This document shows positions 62,024 to 64,000 of a stretch of 64,000 bases of DNA, piece by piece; position 1 is the first letter of the stretch, and each line of letters opens with the position of its first letter. The stretch comes from an uncultured Methylophilaceae bacterium (GTDB lineage Bacteria; Pseudomonadota; Gammaproteobacteria; Burkholderiales; Methylophilaceae): assembly GCA_903899965.1 (NCBI GenBank), contig CAIULB010000030.1, positions 89,489-153,488 of the forward strand. Reading direction: 5' to 3'. The position numbers were made by a program, and so were the translations under genes. The notes under the pieces are model-generated. The model did no database searches and was not told where the DNA came from. It worked only from the letters and a program-made list of their open reading frames with translations.

Positions 62024-62122
62024 ACATATTTAAATATATTGAGAACGAACGGCATATACTGATAGTCATAGCGTTACGGTTTTATTTATTATTAATTTAA
62101 TTACCAAGAAAAAGGTGAAAAC

Positions 62123-62359
62123 ATGAATCCTAAAGGGCAGTTGTTACAAGACCCATTTTTAAATGCTTTGCGCAAGGAACATGTGCCAGTCTCAATTTAT
62201 CTTGTGAATGGCATCAAGTTACAAGGGCAGGTAGATTCATTTGACCAATACGTCATTTTGTTGAAAAACACAGTGACGCAAATGGTCTATAAACACGCGA
62301 TTTCTACGATTGTTCCAGGTCGTGCAGTGACTATCCCACATGGGGCAGATGAAGAATAA
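62123..62359 (+). CDS. hfq: RNA chaperone Hfq
   Basis: [42 protein letters not shown]. Confidence 0.97.
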   Translation: MNPKGQLLQDPFLNALRKEHVPVSIYLVNGIKLQGQVDSFDQYVILLKNTVTQMVYKHAISTIVPGRAVTIPHGADEE

Positions 62360-62416
62360 TCTAGGTGTTTAAAGTTTTTGTATTAATTATCATTTCCTTG
62401 ATGATGTTGTCTTGTA

Positions 62417-63544
62417 ATGCTTGATCGTCCAGAGGGTAGTAGCGACGCCATTTTGGTGAGCTTGGACTTTGGTGATACAGGCTACGAAGAAAGCCTAGAA
62501 GAGCTTAAGCAGCTCGCGATTAGTGCTGGTATTTCGATACGCGGCGTCGTTGAAGGCAAGCGTGACAAGCCCGATGCTAAATACTTTGTCGGTTCCGGCA
62601 AAGCAGAAGAGCTCGCTGAAATGGTAAAAGCTACCGAATCACGCGCGGTGGTTTTTAATCACGACCTAAGCCCATCTCAACAGCGAAATTTAGAGCGTTT
62701 GCTCCAGTGCCGTGTTGCGGACCGAACTGGTTTAATTCTCGATATTTTCGCCCAGCGCGCTAAAAGCCACGAAGGTAAGCTCCAGGTTGAACTTGCACAG
62801 CTTGAGCATCTGTCAACACGTTTAGTGCGTGGCTGGACCCACTTGGAGCGTCAAAAAGGTGGTATTGGCGTGCGCGGTGGCCCTGGTGAAACGCAGCTTG
62901 AGCTTGATAGACGTATGTTACGTATTCGTGTGAAACAGCTGCGTGAAAAGCTCGACAAGCTTAAGCAACAGCGTGGCATGCAACGTCGATCACGCAAGCG
63001 CTCTCAAGTCATGTCTGTGTCATTGGTAGGCTATACCAATGCAGGTAAATCAACATTATTTAATCGCCTAACCCAATCTAAAGTACTTGCGGCCGACCAG
63101 TTATTCGCAACCTTAGATACCACCTCACGTAAGCTTTACATCCCTGATGCTGGCCCTATGGTGATGTCTGATACCGTCGGTTTTATTAAGCATTTGCCAC
63201 ATACCTTGGTTGAAGCCTTTGGCGCGACGCTTGAAGAAGCAGTGCAAGCGGACTTGTTATTTCACATAGTGGATACGGCAAGTACAAACCGCGACGAACA
63301 AATCGCTGAAGTTAACAAGGTCTTAGGTGAAATCGGTGCGCAAGATGTTTCGCAGATATTGGTCATGAATCAAATTGATCGGGCAGGGTTGGAGGCGGGC
63401 TTGGAGCGCGATGAATATGGTAGAATTTGCAAAATACTAATTTCAGCTAAAACTGGTGATGGCTTGCAGTATTTGGAGCAAGCTTTAAAAGAGCATCAAG
63501 AGCAGCTTTATGAATATCGCACTTCTGAAGCGGCTTATATTTAA
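62417..63544 (+). CDS. hflX: GTPase HflX
   Basis: LIL.IFA.RA.S.EGKLQVELAQL, GYTNAGKSTL, DTVGF. Confidence 0.95.
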   Translation: MLDRPEGSSDAILVSLDFGDTGYEESLEELKQLAISAGISIRGVVEGKRDKPDAKYFVGSGKAEELAEMVKATESRAVVFNHDLSPSQQRNLERLLQCRVADRTGLILDIFAQRAKSHEGKLQVELAQLEHLSTRLVRGWTHLERQKGGIGVRGGPGETQLELDRRMLRIRVKQLREKLDKLKQQRGMQRRSRKRSQVMSVSLVGYTNAGKSTLFNRLTQSKVLAADQLFATLDTTSRKLYIPDAGPMVMSDTVGFIKHLPHTLVEAFGATLEEAVQADLLFHIVDTASTNRDEQIAEVNKVLGEIGAQDVSQILVMNQIDRAGLEAGLERDEYGRICKILISAKTGDGLQYLEQALKEHQEQLYEYRTSEAAYI

Positions 63545-63568
63545 TTAATTGATTTGTCGGAGTTTTTA

Positions 63569-64000
63569 ATGGCTAATGATCCTGGTTGGGGCAATCGCAA
63601 CAATGAAGGCCCGCCTGATTTGGATGAGGTGATGCGCCAATTTAGTCGCAAAATTAAGGCCTTGTTTGGTAAAAAAGCCGATTCTAATGGTTCGCCAGAT
63701 GATAAGCCGAGTATTGCCATCCTGCCTATTTTCGGTCTAATTCTATTGGTGTGGATTGCGACAGGTTTTTACATCGTCGACCAAGGTTCACGAGGTGTTG
63801 TTTTGCGCTTTGGTAAACATGTTGAAACAACGATGCCAGGCCCAAGATGGCACATGCCTTTCCCTGTCGAGTCCGTAACAGTGGTAAATATGGAGCAGGT
63901 GCGGACGATTGAGATTGGTTATCGTTCCGCAGAAGGCGGCTCTGGGCGTAGTAAAGAATTGCACGAGTCTTTGATGCTCACGGATGATGAAAACATCATT
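63569..64000 (+). CDS. hflK: FtsH protease modulator HflK, N-terminal part (runs off the window)
   Basis: Own translation from ATG 63569: MANDPGWGNRNNEGPPDLDEVMRQF...GFYIVDQGSRGVVLRFGK. Follows hfq-hflX in the conserved order. Confidence 0.9.
   Translation, partial: MANDPGWGNRNNEGPPDLDEVMRQFSRKIKALFGKKADSNGSPDDKPSIAILPIFGLILLVWIATGFYIVDQGSRGVVLRFGKHVETTMPGPRWHMPFPVESVTVVNMEQVRTIEIGYRSAEGGSGRSKELHESLMLTDDENII

Noticed and set aside
1-64000. Search for mobile elements, prophage, CRISPR arrays, toxin-antitoxin pairs or defence islands.
   Set aside because: I could recognise no integrase, transposase, recombinase, Cas, restriction-modification or phage structural genes, and no spaced direct-repeat arrays. 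The only accessory-looking spots are the umuD-like locus, the ABC ATPase pair, the RND/SemiSWEET region and a few small ORFs.

Overview
This 64 kb window is mostly core chromosome of a methylotrophic betaproteobacterium. I infer Methylophilaceae-like from gene content only; no database search was possible. The evidence for methylotrophy is a RuMP-cycle cluster (transaldolase, 3-hexulose-6-phosphate synthase, 6-phospho-3-hexuloisomerase). Next to it lies a tightly packed island of archaeal-type cofactor genes: a HisA-like protein, MfnD-like ATP-grasp, MfnF-like hydantoinase-fold protein, PabB, MfnE-like kinase and a PCD-like protein. These are associated with tetrahydromethanopterin and methylofuran biosynthesis. 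The remainder is housekeeping:
- cysI-tauE-cysB
- rpsF-priB-rpsR-rplI
- dnaB-alr-radA
- hpnCDE (squalene synthesis for hopanoids)
- an MTA/MTI phosphorylase and def
- ffs-dnaX-ybaB-recR
- rnr-rlmB
- the block ndk-rlmN-pilW-rodZ-ispG-hisS-(two ABC ATPases)-yfgM-bamB-der
- bamD, rluD, pgeF, a ZIP metal transporter and rimO
- gpx-srkA and ppsR-ppsA
- yaeQ, an S4-domain protein and trhO
- a TetR-controlled RND efflux operon, a SemiSWEET, and gltX-hfq-hflX-hflK

Three tRNA or tRNA-like genes and the SRP (4.5S) RNA are visible. I found no integrase, transposase, CRISPR array or recognisable multi-gene defence system, and I cannot support a claim of a large novel system here. Five loci deserve a second look:
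1. An orphan UmuD-like S24 peptidase with its own promoter and a LexA-type box, and no umuC. It is wedged between tRNA-Ser(GGA) and an aberrant tRNA-Leu(CAG)-like gene.
2. An OprB-family porin whose signal peptide and barrel are separated by a single in-frame TGA.
3. Divergent cofactor genes whose start codons abut with no spacer.
4. A pair of permease-less Dpp/Opp-type ABC ATPases inserted into a conserved housekeeping block.
5. A YciK-like SDR with His in place of the catalytic Tyr.

All functional calls rest on my reading of the translated ORFs and motifs.
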